The translations under genes and the position numbers were made by a program. Shown piece by piece: positions 52,233 through 64,000 of a stretch of DNA of 64,000 bases (positions are counted from its first letter, which is position 1; each line of letters opens with the position of its first letter). Origin of the DNA: Anaeramoeba ignava BMAN (taxonomy: Eukaryota; Protista; Anaeramoebae); contig JAPDFW010000090.1 of the NCBI GenBank assembly GCA_028826165.1, forward strand, positions 62,001 through 126,000, read 5' to 3'. The notes below the pieces were generated by a model, which was given only the letters and a program-made list of their open reading frames with translations, was not told where the DNA came from and did not search any database.

Positions 52233-55200
52233 TTAAATCCAGCCAAGAGTTGTCATTTTTGTAAGAACATGTTTTCCATAAGAATTTGTATCTAAAAGAT
52301 TCAAATTTTGTTTTAATGCAGAAACTAATCTTTGTTGGTCTTTTCCTTTTGCTCTTTCAAGAAATTTTTGAATTACATAATTTGCATATTGATCATTTAC
52401 CATCATTCTAAGTGCATCTCTTTTTGTTTAAATTATTATTTTCAAATTTTATGCAAATTTCAATTTCAATTTCATGTTTGCAAAAAATTTTTTTTAAATT
52501 TTGATTTTGGAAATTATTTACACATTTGCAAGAATTTCGTTTAAAATTTTCTTGGTTTGTTGAGCTGTTCCAAATTCAATACATTTCTCGATTGCATTTG
52601 AAGCATATTTATGTTGTGACATTTTAAGAACTTTTCCGAATACTTTTTGAATTATAGTATTTCTTTGTTCATTTGTGCCATTTTCAAGCATATGTTGAAT
52701 AACATAATTACCAAATTGGTCAAAAACTAATTCGTTTGATAATCGAAGGATTTCTTTATTGATATGATCCTATTTTTTATATATTTTTATATTTATATTT
52801 AAAATTATATTTTTTTTTGTTTTTGTTTTTGCTTTTATATTTACAACTTCAGGACCAGTGCAATGATTTAAAATTCGTTGTATAACTCGACATCCATAAG
52901 GATGTTTTGAAAGTTCAATTGGTTTTTTTGCAAATGTATCAACAATAAATTGAATATGTTTTTGGGGAACGCATTCAATACATTTTTGAATTACATGATT
53001 TCCATTTTGATCATCAATACAATCTAATATTTTCTCTTTTAATTCGGATATTATCATTGCTTGCTCTTCTTCTTTTGCAACTTCAATTGCTTTTTGAACT
53101 ACTCTACATCCATAAATATGTGTTGCGAATTTATAAACATTTCCTTCAAGCATCTTTATTAAAGTTGAAAGTTGATTTTGGTTTCCTAAAGATTTTTAAA
53201 AAAATTTTTTTTAATTCATTTCATTTCATTTCATTTCATTTCATGTTTTTGAAATTTTTTCCATTTCAATAAAATACCGTGAGAAAAAAATTTCTGAACA
53301 ACATAATTCCCGAAAATATTTTGAATCAAATCACCAAAATGAATTTTAATTTCCTGAAAAAGTTGTTCCATTTCATTTTCATCAGCTTTCTCAATTTGTT
53401 GCTGAATAAATCTTGAGCCATGCTGGTCAATACTGAAATCAAAAAGATGGCCAAAAACGTCTTTCAAAGAATAATTAACAACATTTTTATTGAGAGAAAT
53501 ATCTGCAAGAACAGCATGAAAGGGTGAAGAAGAATAAACTTGGCGTTTGTAAGGGAGTTCCCAAGCATATTGATATGCTCTTGGAGTTTCGTATGATTGG
53601 TTTCTGTTTGGATAATGATGTTCGGTGTTATACATCTTGTTTTTGTTGGTATTTCCTCGATCGTAATATTGGTCATATTCCCCATATCCTCCATATTCAT
53701 ATCCCATATAATCTGCTCCCATTCTTGGTGGTGGTGAGAAAAAGTTTCGTACATATGGCTGATTGTATTGTCCGCGTTGTGCTCCTACTGTATATCTTGG
53801 GTCTTCAAAATAACCATAATCTTTTTTTTTTAAAATTTAAATTTTAATTTTCAAAATGAATTTTAATTTTCATTTGAATTTTAATTTTCATTTGAATTTT
53901 AATTTTCAAAATGAATTTTAATTTTAATTTTAATTTTAATTTTAATTTTAATTTTAATTTTAATTTTAATTTGAATTTTAATTTGAATTTTAATTTTCAA
54001 AATGAATTTGAATTTTCAAAATGAATTTTAATTTTAATTTGAATTTTAATTTTAAATTTTAATTTTAATTTTAATTATAATTATAATTTTAATTTTCAAA
54101 ATGAATTTTAATTTTAATTTGAATTTTAATTTTCAAAATGAATTTTAATTTTAATTTTAATTTTAAAATTTTTCATTTATAATTCATACTTTGTTGAGGA
54201 TAATTAGGATCATATTGTCTTGAAGAAGTGTTGAAATTGTTTTGAGGATAATCAGAAAATCTTGAAGTAATTGGAGAATTAATTTGAGGAATTTGATGAG
54301 AATTATCTTGCTTGAAATTGAAGGAATTTGGAGGATTTTGAGTTGGAATATTTGGAATTTGATTTGGAATTTGATTTTGATTTGGAATTTGATTTTGATT
54401 TGGAATATTTGAGTTTCCTTCAATTTCTCTGTTCAAATTTATATTCTGATTTAAAAGGTTATTTCTGTTTTCGTTTTCATGTGAATCTGTTAAATTTGTA
54501 AGAGGAATTTGTAAGAATGATTGTGGAGATACTGCTTTTTGTGGAATTGATTGTGTTGTATTTAATGAAAAAGAATCAAGTTCTCCAATAATTCCTTTTC
54601 TTTGTGTTTGTGGTGATAAATTTTTTAATGGAGATGTTAAGGGACTTTTTTTGGTTTTATCTTTTTTAAATTTGCTAAATAGTAAATCTTGTTGTTCTAA
54701 TCCTTTTCCGTTATCATCTTCATCTTCTTGAAAGTTTATTTTACCATTTGGTTTTTCGTTTTCAGGTTTTATGTCTTCTTTGCTTTCTATTTGTGATTCA
54801 CTGATTAATTTGTAAATATTTTTATAATAAATATTTTTATAGTAAATATTTTTATAGTAAATATTTTTATAATAAATATTTTTATAATAAATATTTTTAT
54901 AGTAAATATTTTTATAGTAAATATTTTTATAATAAATATTTTTATAGTAAATATTTTTATAATAAATATTTTTATAATAAATATTTTTATAGTAAATATT
55001 TTTATAGTAAATATTTTTATAATAAATATTTTTATAATAAATATTTTTATAGTAAATATATTATAAATATATATAAATTTGTTATAAGTATTATTATAAT
55101 AATTATTTTATAAATATTTTATTATATTATAATAAGTATTATTATAATAATTATTTTATAAATATTTTATTATATAGTAAATATTTTTATAGTAAATATT

Positions 55201-56604
55201 TTTATAGTAAATATTTTTTTTCTTAAATTCTTACTTTTTCTCATTTAAATTGCTTGAATTTGGTTTGATTGAATTATTTAAACTTAAATTTTGAAGATTT
55301 GAAATAAGATTGTTGTTGTTGTCTATTAAATTTAGTTTTTTTTAGAAATTTTAATTTTTGATTCTTTTTTTTTAATTTAAAAAATAAAATAAAATAAAAA
55401 AATGCTTACTTTTAGGATTTAAAAATGACAGAAATTGTGATTGAGATAAATTTGTTGGTTTTATCGGGTTAAATGCATTATTATTAGTATTTCCATTAGT
55501 ATTAAGAGTTGTTCTAAAATTTGGAAACTTAAAAAATTTTATTTTTAATTTTAATATTAATTTTAATTTTTATTATAATTTTAATTTATATTTTAATTTA
55601 TATTTTAATTTATATTTTAATTTAATTTTAATTTATATTCTAATTTTAATTTTAATTCTAATTTTAATTTATATTTTAATTTTAATTTTAATTTTAATTT
55701 TAATATTAATTTATTATAATTTTAATTTATATTTTAATTTATATTTTAATTTATATTTTAATTTATATTTTAATTTATATTTTTTTAATTTTAATTTTAA
55801 TTTTAATTTTAATTTTAATTTTTAATTTTAATTTTAATTTCAATTTTAATTTTAATTTTTAATTTATATTTTAAATTTATATTTTAAATTTATATTTTAA
55901 TTTATATTTTAATTTTATTTTTAATTTTAATTCTGATTTTAATTTTAATTTTAATTTTAATTCTGATTTTAATTTTATATTTTAATTTATATTTTAAATT
56001 TATATTTTAATTTTAATTTCAATTTCAATTTCAATTTTAAATTTTAATTTTGATTATAATTTTGATTTTAATTTTGATTTTAATTTTTAATTTCAATTTA
56101 TATTTTAATTTATATTTTAAATTTATATTTTAAATTTATATTTTAATTTTAATTTTAATTTTAATTCTGATTTTAATTTTGATTTTAATTTTAATTTCAA
56201 TTTATATTTTAATTTATATTTTAATTTATATTTTAATTTATATTTTAATTTATATTTTAATTTTATATTTTAATTTTATTTTTAATTTTAATTTCAATTC
56301 TGATTTTAATTTTAATTTTAATTCTGATTTTAATTTTGATTTTAATTTTAATTTCAATTTATATTTTAATTATAATTTTAATATTAATTCTGATTCTGAT
56401 TCTGATTTAAATTGAGATTTTTTTTTTGTTTTTTTATTTTTATTTTTTGTTGTTTTTGTTTTGTTAATTCAAAATTACTTTATTAAAATTTAAAGGAGGA
56501 GCTGAAGGAGGTCGAAATAAAACTTGTTTTGATTGAATTACTGCTAAAATATCTTCAAATGAGTTCTTTGGTTGTTCTTCAACAGTATTTTTTGAATTTT
56601 GCAT
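52233..56604 (-). CDS. Pumilio/PUF RNA-binding protein, multi-exon
   Basis: PUF repeats DQHGSRFIQQ, FGNYVVQK, YGCRVVQK, NGNHVIQK, YGCRVIQR, FGNYVIQH, YASNAIEK and YANYVIQK. The first exon MQNSK...RPPSAPP resembles the N-terminal motif of plant APUM1-6. Confidence 0.92.
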
Positions 56605-56865
56605 TCAATAATAAAAAAATTTTTTTTTTTGTTTTTTTTTTTTTGTTTTTTGTTTTTTGTTTTTTGTTTTTTGTTTTTTGTTTTTTCGTTGATTTTTTTA
56701 TTTAGAAAGAAAAAAAAAAGAAAGAAGAAAAATAAATTGTGTTTTTTTTTAATAACAAAAAAAAGAAAAGAAAGGAAAAAAATGAAAAAAAACAAATTTT
56801 TTTATTTTTTTTTTTTTTTTTATTTTTATTTTTTTATTCCTCTTTTTTTTTTGTTATTAAAAAAA

Positions 56866-58493
56866 ATGAATTTTGAATATGAAATTTATCATTTCCATTC
56901 AATAAATACACCATATTCTGATTCTTTTTCTGGTGAAATGAATTTAGAAAAAATAGATTATAATTATTTTATTAAACAAATTTGTCAAAAAGAAAAAATT
57001 TTATTTGGAGAAAAAAAAACAAACATTCATAATGGTTTAAAATGGGTTCAAGTAAATAAAAATAATTTTTCATCAATAATTCGACAAGCAAAAAAATTTG
57101 ATAATAAAATTTCAATGCGTAAGTTAAAAGATTTTTATTAATTTTTATTAAATTTTTATTAAATTTTTATTAAATTTTTTTTTCCTTTTTTAATTTTTTT
57201 TTTAATTTTTTTTTAGAGTTGTTTGATTTAGATTCAGGTGTTCCATATAATTCAGATTCAGAAAGTGAATCAAAATCAAAATCAAAATCCAAATCCAAAT
57301 CAATTTCAATTTCAATTTCAATTTCAACTTCAAAATCAATTTCAATTTCAAAATCAATTTCAGAAAATGAATCAAAATCAGAAAATGAATCAATTTCAGA
57401 AAATGAATCAAATTCAGAAAATAAATCAAATTCAGAAAATAAATCAAATTCAGAAAATGAATCAAATTCAGAAAATGAATCAAATTCAGAAAATGAATCA
57501 ATTTCAGAAAATGAAAATCAGAAAAATCAAAGAAAATGAATCAAAATCAAAAAATAAATCAAAATCAAAATCAAAATCAAAAAATAAATCAAAATCAAAA
57601 TCAAAATCAAAAAATAAATCAAATAAACCAGATCAAACACCAAAAAAATCAGATAGAAAATCAAATCAAAAATCAAATCAAAAATCAAATAATAAATCAG
57701 ATAATAAATCAGATAAAAAATCAGATAAAAAATCAGATAAAAAACCAGATAATAAATCAAATAAAAAATCAGATAAAAAATCAGATAAAAAATCAGATAA
57801 AAAACCAAATAATAAACCAGATAAAAAATCAGATAAAAAATCAGATAAATAAACCAGATAATAAATCAAATAAAAAATCAATAAAAAATCAAATAAAAAA
57901 TCAGATAAAAAACCAGATAAAAAATCAAATAAAAAACCAGATAAAAAATCAGATAAAAAATCAGATAAAAAATCAGATAAAAAATCAGATAATAAATCAG
58001 ATAAAAAATTAGATAAAAAACCAGATAAAAAATCAGATAACAAATCAGATAAAAATCAGATAAAAACCAGATAATAAATCAGATAACAAATCAGATAACA
58101 AATCAGATAAAAAATCAAATAAAAAACCAGATAATAAATCAAATAAAAAAAACATAAAAGAACAATCAAAATTTTCATGTGAAATAAAAGGACTTCCAGA
58201 AACAATAGTAACAAAAATAGGAACAAAAAGTTTAAATTTCAATTTTGTAGTTACAAATACAGGAAAAACAAATTTCCCTGAAAAAACAAAAATTATTCAA
58301 TATTTTGGGCATAATCTTTCAGAATCTAAATCTTTTGAAATTAGGTTCTTTGATTCCAAAAAATTCTGTCACTATTTTAGTTCCTCTTCAAATTCCTAAT
58401 AGACCTGGTAAATATATCAGTTATTGGAAATTGCATCCCTTTCAATTTGTTAATAATAAAGCTTGGATTGAATTGAAAGTTGAAGAAAATTAA
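56866..58493 (+). CDS. Protein with PB1-like N-terminus, SDKK-repeat linker and C-terminal NBR1 FW (Ig-like) domain; frameshifts in the repeats
   Basis: C-terminus FVVTNTGKTNFPEKTKL...LGSLIPKNSVTILVPLQIPNRPGKYISYWKL...AWIELKV fits the NBR1/ILRUN FW pattern. One intron at about 57119-57215. Confidence 0.65.
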
Positions 58494-58763
58494 TTAATTA
58501 TTAAATACTTTTGAAAAATTTCTTTTTTTTTTTTTAATAATTTCAATAAAAAAAAATCGGACAAAATTAATTAAAAAAATTTTTTTTATTTATTTTTTTT
58601 TTATTTTCTCTTTTTTTTTAAATCTAAAATTCTATCCACTTTTTTATTAATTTTTTATTTAAATAAAGTTCTAACTGATCAAATAATAATTTAAAAAAAC
58701 ATTTTTTATTATTTAAAATTATTTTTCATTTCTTTTTCTTTTTCTTTTTTTTTTTTTTTTTGA

Positions 58764-60188
58764 ATGGATCGAAAAAATTTTTTTCATTTCAAAGAAAGCA
58801 ATATTATTGGAAATTTCACTTCAAATTATTCTGATTTTTCATTTCCTTTTCCATTTAATGAAGATTCACAATTTGGTTTTTCGGATAATTTTGAGGATGA
58901 AATATCATTTCAAGAATTTCCTCCAAGTGATTATTTTGAATGGTTTGATACATATAATGGTTTGGGTAAATTCTTTGAAGAATTTAACCAAAAAAAAAAA
59001 TTATTCGAATCAAATATTAAATCTAATATTAAATCTAATATTAAATCTAATATTAAATCTAATATTAAACCATATATTGAATCAGGAATCAAATCAGGAA
59101 TTGAATCAGATATTAAATCTAATATTAAATCTAATATTAAATCAGATATTGAATCTAATATTAAATCTAATATTAAATCTAATATTAAATCTAATATTAA
59201 ATCTAATATTAAATCTAATATTAAATCTAATATTAAATCTAATATTAAATCTAATATTAAATCTAATATTAAATCTAATATTAAATCTAATATTAAATCA
59301 GATATTAAATCAGATATTAAACCAGGAATTGAATCAGAAATCAAATCAGAAATTGAATCAGAAATTAAATCAGAAATTAAATCAGATATTAAATCAGATA
59401 TTGAATCAGATATTAAATCAGGAATTGAATCAGAAATTAAATCAGATATTGAATCAGAAATTAAATCAGATATTAAACCAGGAATTGAATCAGGAATTGA
59501 ATCAGATATTAAACCAGGAATTGAATCAGATATTAAATCAGATATTGAATCAGAAATTAAATCAGGAATTAAATCAGAAATTGAATCAGATATTGAATCA
59601 GGAATTGAATCAGAAATTAAATCAGATATTGAATCAGATATTAAATCAGAAATTGAATCAGATATTAAATCAGGAATCAAATCAGAAATTAAATCAGGAA
59701 TTGAATCAGATATTAAATCAGATATTGAATCAGAAATTAAATCAGATATTAAATCAGGAATTAAATCAGGAATTAAACCAAGCAGACCCCAAAAAAATCA
59801 AAAGAAAAAAACCAAAAAACAAAAAAAAGAGAATAAACAAAGAAAAAGATCCAAAAAATACAAAAAAAGAACAGGAACACTTCAAGAAAAAATGGGTACT
59901 CAATTAGATGGACTAAGTTCAAAACATCCAGAATGGTTTGAAGGTTGGAAATCAAATACTTATGCTAATTTCGTTAAAAATAGTATTTCTCCACAAGAAA
60001 TTTTTATTTCAGATCAAGCAATTTTTTATCTTTCTGGAATCGATCCAAAAAATCAAAAAAAGTCATCTCAAGAGTGGAAGAAAAAAAGAAACGCGATTAT
60101 TCGTTTAATTACAAGAAGAATGGGTTTAAATGGTCAAAATACTGATCGTTCAAAAGAAGGAATTTATCGATTTAAAGAAAAAGATTGA
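58764..60188 (+). CDS. Hypothetical nuclear protein: acidic/aromatic N-terminus, 12-bp I-[K/E]-S-[N/D/E/G] repeats, basic NLS, C-terminal globular domain
   Basis: Intact 474-aa ORF; tetrapeptide array at about 59010-59780. Confidence 0.75.
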   Translation: MDRKNFFHFKESNIIGNFTSNYSDFSFPFPFNEDSQFGFSDNFEDEISFQEFPPSDYFEWFDTYNGLGKFFEEFNQKKKLFESNIKSNIKSNIKSNIKSNIKPYIESGIKSGIESDIKSNIKSNIKSDIESNIKSNIKSNIKSNIKSNIKSNIKSNIKSNIKSNIKSNIKSNIKSNIKSDIKSDIKPGIESEIKSEIESEIKSEIKSDIKSDIESDIKSGIESEIKSDIESEIKSDIKPGIESGIESDIKPGIESDIKSDIESEIKSGIKSEIESDIESGIESEIKSDIESDIKSEIESDIKSGIKSEIKSGIESDIKSDIESEIKSDIKSGIKSGIKPSRPQKNQKKKTKKQKKENKQRKRSKKYKKRTGTLQEKMGTQLDGLSSKHPEWFEGWKSNTYANFVKNSISPQEIFISDQAIFYLSGIDPKNQKKSSQEWKKKRNAIIRLITRRMGLNGQNTDRSKEGIYRFKEKD

Positions 60189-60299
60189 GGAAACGATGAT
60201 AATTTCAAAAATGAAGTACAAGTATTTCCTTTTTTATTTTCTTTGATCAAAATTTGAGAAAAAACAAAATAAATTAATTGAATTTTCATTTTCATTTTC

Positions 60300-62229
60300 A
60301 TTCTAATTTTTATTTTCATTTTGATTTTTTAATTTTCATTTTTATTTTCATTTGATTTGATTTTGAATTTGATTTTGAATTTGATTTTGAATTTGATTTT
60401 GAATTTGATTTTGAATTTGATTTTGAATTTGATTTTCATTTTCAATTTCAATTTCAATTTGATTTTTATTTTTATTTTTATTTTTATTTTCATTTTGATT
60501 TTCATTTCCATTTAGAATTTGAAATTGATTTTGAATTTCAATTTGATTTTGATTTTCATTTTGATTTTGAATTTGATTTTGATTTTGATTTGATTTTCAT
60601 TTCCATTTAGAATTTGAAATTGATTTTGAATTTCATTTTGATTTTGATTTTGATTTTGATTTTCATTTTGATTTTGAATTTGATTTTGAATTTGATTTTC
60701 AATTTGATTTTTATTTTTATTTTTATTTTTATTTTCAATTTCAATTTGATTTTTATTTTTATTTTGATTTTCATTTTCATTTTGAATTTGATTTTCAATT
60801 TGATTTACAATTTGATTTTGATTTTGATTTTTATTTTGATTTTGATTTTGATTTTGATTTTGATTTTGATTTTTATTTTCAATTTCAATTTGATTTTCAA
60901 TTTGAATTTGATTTTCATTTTCATTTTAATTTTCATTTTGATTTTGATTTTGATTTCAATTTGATTTTCAATTTCAATTTCAATTTGATTTTTATTTTCA
61001 ATTTGAATTTGATTTTCAATTTCATTTTGATTTTGATTTTGATTTTGATTTTGATTTTGATTTTGAATTTCAATTTGATTTTTATTTTCAATTTTGATTT
61101 TCATTTTTATTTTCAATTTGAATTTGATTTTCATTTTTATTTTCAATTTCAATTTGATTTTCATTTTTATTTTCAATTTCAATTTGATTTTCATTTTTAT
61201 TTTTTAGAAATAATTTTTGTTCTTCTAGAGATAACTGCTTATATTTTTGTTTTTCTTCTTTGGATAATTGATTCCATTCTTTTCCAAATATTTTAGCTAA
61301 AAGTATCATATGATAAGGATGATCCATATATTTTTTAGCTATTTTTTCATATTTTTCAGAAACAAACATTAAAAAAGGGGGTCTTCCTTTTTGTGGAATT
61401 GTGTTTGGTTTTTCAACTTGAATTCCAAATTTTTGCATTTTATTTTCATAAATTTCCCATTCTTTTTCAAATCTAATTTTATCTTGTTTCGCAAATTCTT
61501 TATAAGGCTTTGAATTTAAATTTAAATTTTAATTTTAATTTTAATTTTTATCCGATTTTCATTTTTAATTTTAATTTTAATTTTCAAAATGAATTTTAAT
61601 TTTAATTTTAATTTTAATTTTGATTTTAAATTTGATTTTAATTTTAATTTTAATTTTAATTTTAATTTTAATTTTAATTTTGATTTTAAATTTGATTTTA
61701 ATTTTAATTTTAATTTTAAATTTTAAATTTAAATTTGATTTTAATTTAAATTTTAAATTTAATTTTAATTTTAAATTTTAATTTTAATTTTAATTTTAAT
61801 TTTAATTTTTAATTTTTAATTTTTAATTTTAATTTTAATTTTAAATTTTAAATTTAAATTTGATTTTAATTTAAATTTTAATTTTAATTTTAATTTTAAA
61901 TTTGATTTAAATTTGATTTTGATTTTAATTTTAATTTTAATTTTAATTTTAATTTTGATTTTGATTTTAAATTTGATTTTGATTTTAATTTTAATTTTAA
62001 TTTTAATTTTAATTTTAATTTTAATTTTGATTACTTTTTTTTCAGATTCTGGTATTTTTTTCCAAGCAGCATAAAGTAATCGACATTTTTGACTTGGATC
62101 AAGATTTCTGTATTTTGTTTGAAATAATGGCAGATTACAGACATAAAATATTTGTGCATCTTGTCTTGGTCTTTTTGGTCTTTTTGGTTTTTGTGATAAT
62201 TTTAATTTTCCTTTTAAATTTTTTTGCAT
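60300..62229 (-). CDS. Tandem HMG-box protein with long low-complexity E/N/Q/I tail (3' end uncertain)
   Basis: PKRPR...IFY...LYAAWKKIPESEKK|PYKEFAKQDKIRFEKEW (box 1, split by intron about 61508-62033) and GRPPFLMFVSE...AKIFGKEWNQLSKEEKQKYKQLS (box 2). Confidence 0.85.
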
Positions 62230-62315
62230 TTATTCACAAAAAAAAAAATGATAAAAAATTTTTTTTCATTTTTCATTTTTTTCATTTTTTTCATTTTTAA
62301 AATTTAAAAATAAAA

Positions 62316-64000
62316 ATGAATATTTGGCAAATTATTGAAGAAAATAATAACAACAATAATATTATTATTGAATACTTAAAACAAATTGAAAAAATTACAG
62401 AAAATGAATTAAAAAAAGAAAACAAACCAATTTTACATTTTGCAATCGAAAAACAAGTTTCAAAAGAAGTAATTGAATTATTAATTACAAAAGGTTCAGA
62501 TCCAAAAGAAGTTGATGAATTAGGAAAGAATTCATTGCATTTGGCAGTTATGAATAATTCAAAAATTGAAATACTTGAACTTTTGATTGAAAAAGGAATT
62601 GATATTAATTCAAAAACAAATGGAAATGAAACTGCTTTACATTTTGCTTGCCAACACAATTCATTTGAAATTATTAAATATCTTATTGAAAAAAAAAGAA
62701 TTGATATTAATTCAAAAACAAATGGAAATGAAACAGCTTTACATTTTGCTTGTGATAATAAAAATCCAAATTCATTTGAAATTATTAAATATCTTATTGA
62801 AAAAAAAAGAATTGATATTAATTCAAAAACAATACGGAATGAAACACCTTTACATTTTGCTTGTGATAATAAAAATCCAAATTCAATCGAAATTATCAAA
62901 TATCTTATTGAAGAAAAAGGAATTGATATTAATTCAAAAACAAAATATAATGAAACACCTTTACATTTTGCTTGCCAAAATAAATACCCAACATCATTTG
63001 AAATTATTAAATATCTTATTGAAAAAGGAATTGATATTAATTCAAAAACAGAAGATAATATAACAGCTTTACATATTGCTTGTCTAAATAAAAATTCAAA
63101 TTCATTTCAAATTATTAAATATCTTATTGAAGAAAAAGGAATTGATATTAATTCAAGAACAAAAGATAGAAATAAAACAGCTTTACATATTGCTTGCCAA
63201 AATAAAAATCCAAATTCATTTGAAATTATCAAATTATTGATTGAAAAAGGAATTGATATTAATTCAAAAACAAAAGAAAATGAAACTGCTTTACATTTTG
63301 TTTGCCAAAATAAAAATCCAAATTCAATCGAAATTATTAAATATCTTATTGAAAAAGGAATTGATATTAATTCAAAAACAGAAGAAAATGAAACAGCTTT
63401 ACATTTTGTTTGCCAAAATAAAAATCCAAATTCATTTCAAATTATTAAATATCTTATTGAAAAAGGAATTGATATTAATTCAAAAACATATCAAAATGAA
63501 ACAGCTTTACATATTGCTTGCCAAAATCAAAATCCAAATTCATTTCAAATTATTAAATATCTTATTGAAAAAGGAATTGATATTAATTCAAAAACAAAAT
63601 ATAAAAATGAAACAGCTTTACATATTGCTTGCCAAAATCAAAATCCAAATTCATTTCAAATTATCAAATTATTAATTGAAAAAAGAATTGATATTAATTC
63701 AAAAACAAAAGATAATAAAACAGCTTTACATTATGCTTGCCAAAATAAAAATCCAAATTCATTTGAAATTATCAAATTATTAATTGAAAAAGGAATTGAT
63801 ATTAATTCAAAAACAAAATATAAAAATGAAACACCTTTACATATTGTTTGCAGAAATCAAAATTCGAATTCATTTCAAATTATTAAATATCTTGTTGAAG
63901 AAAAAAGAATTGATATTAATTCAAAAACAAAAGAAAATGAAACTGCTTTACATATTATTTGCCAAAATCAAAATCCAAATTCAATTCAAATTATCAAATT
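62316..64000 (+). CDS. Ankyrin-repeat protein with ~15 highly similar repeats (runs off window end)
   Basis: Open frame from ATG 62316, absent from the ORF track because it has no stop in the window. Repeats read GIDINSKTxxNETALHxACxNKNPNSFEIIKYLIEK. Confidence 0.93.
   Translation, partial: MNIWQIIEENNNNNNIIIEYLKQIEKITENELKKENKPILHFAIEKQVSKEVIELLITKGSDPKEVDELGKNSLHLAVMNNSKIEILELLIEKGIDINSKTNGNETALHFACQHNSFEIIKYLIEKKRIDINSKTNGNETALHFACDNKNPNSFEIIKYLIEKKRIDINSKTIRNETPLHFACDNKNPNSIEIIKYLIEEKGIDINSKTKYNETPLHFACQNKYPTSFEIIKYLIEKGIDINSKTEDNITALHIACLNKNSNSFQIIKYLIEEKGIDINSRTKDRNKTALHIACQNKNPNSFEIIKLLIEKGIDINSKTKENETALHFVCQNKNPNSIEIIKYLIEKGIDINSKTEENETALHFVCQNKNPNSFQIIKYLIEKGIDINSKTYQNETALHIACQNQNPNSFQIIKYLIEKGIDINSKTKYKNETALHIACQNQNPNSFQIIKLLIEKRIDINSKTKDNKTALHYACQNKNPNSFEIIKLLIEKGIDINSKTKYKNETPLHIVCRNQNSNSFQIIKYLVEEKRIDINSKTKENETALHIICQNQNPNSIQIIK

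Overview
Very AT-rich eukaryotic DNA with GT-AG introns and apparently the standard genetic code. The gene families and the TCATTTT initiator-like promoters suggest an anaerobic protist of the metamonad/Anaeramoeba type (inference). About 22 genes or gene fragments are present: the 5' part of VPS13, a complete 2,385-bp Mutator (MULE) transposon with 54-bp perfect TIRs and an 8-bp TSD, an NT-C2+Dilute protein, a putative Nup153/Nup136-like nucleoporin, a GIDE-domain gene, two inverted RCC1-BTB paralogues around a GPI-anchored beta-propeller gene, BTB-TLDc, DH-PH-FYVE, two copies of a long-tailed histone H3 variant, VWA, BTB-ARM, U-box-ARM, a Rab, a Pumilio, a PB1/FW (NBR1-like) protein, an HMG-box protein and an ankyrin-repeat gene running off the end. 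The most striking points are five. (1) An H3 variant with about 20 K-G-Q-type tail repeats, each copy directly downstream of a 146-147-bp satellite array. (2) Every long-period intergenic array has a nucleosome-scale period (about 140-147 or about 164 bp), while introns carry only 6-18-bp repeats. (3) A set of ubiquitin-ligase adaptors and repeat proteins varies specifically at predicted ligand-binding positions, including a BTB gene built from one-ARM-repeat-per-exon, 129-nt, phase 1-1 cassettes. (4) Many 3' splice sites have a poly-A rather than a polypyrimidine tract. (5) A candidate nucleoporin has FN repeats in place of FG repeats. Many single-base frameshifts in homopolymers are most likely assembly errors. 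All domain calls come from motif recognition by eye; no searches were run.
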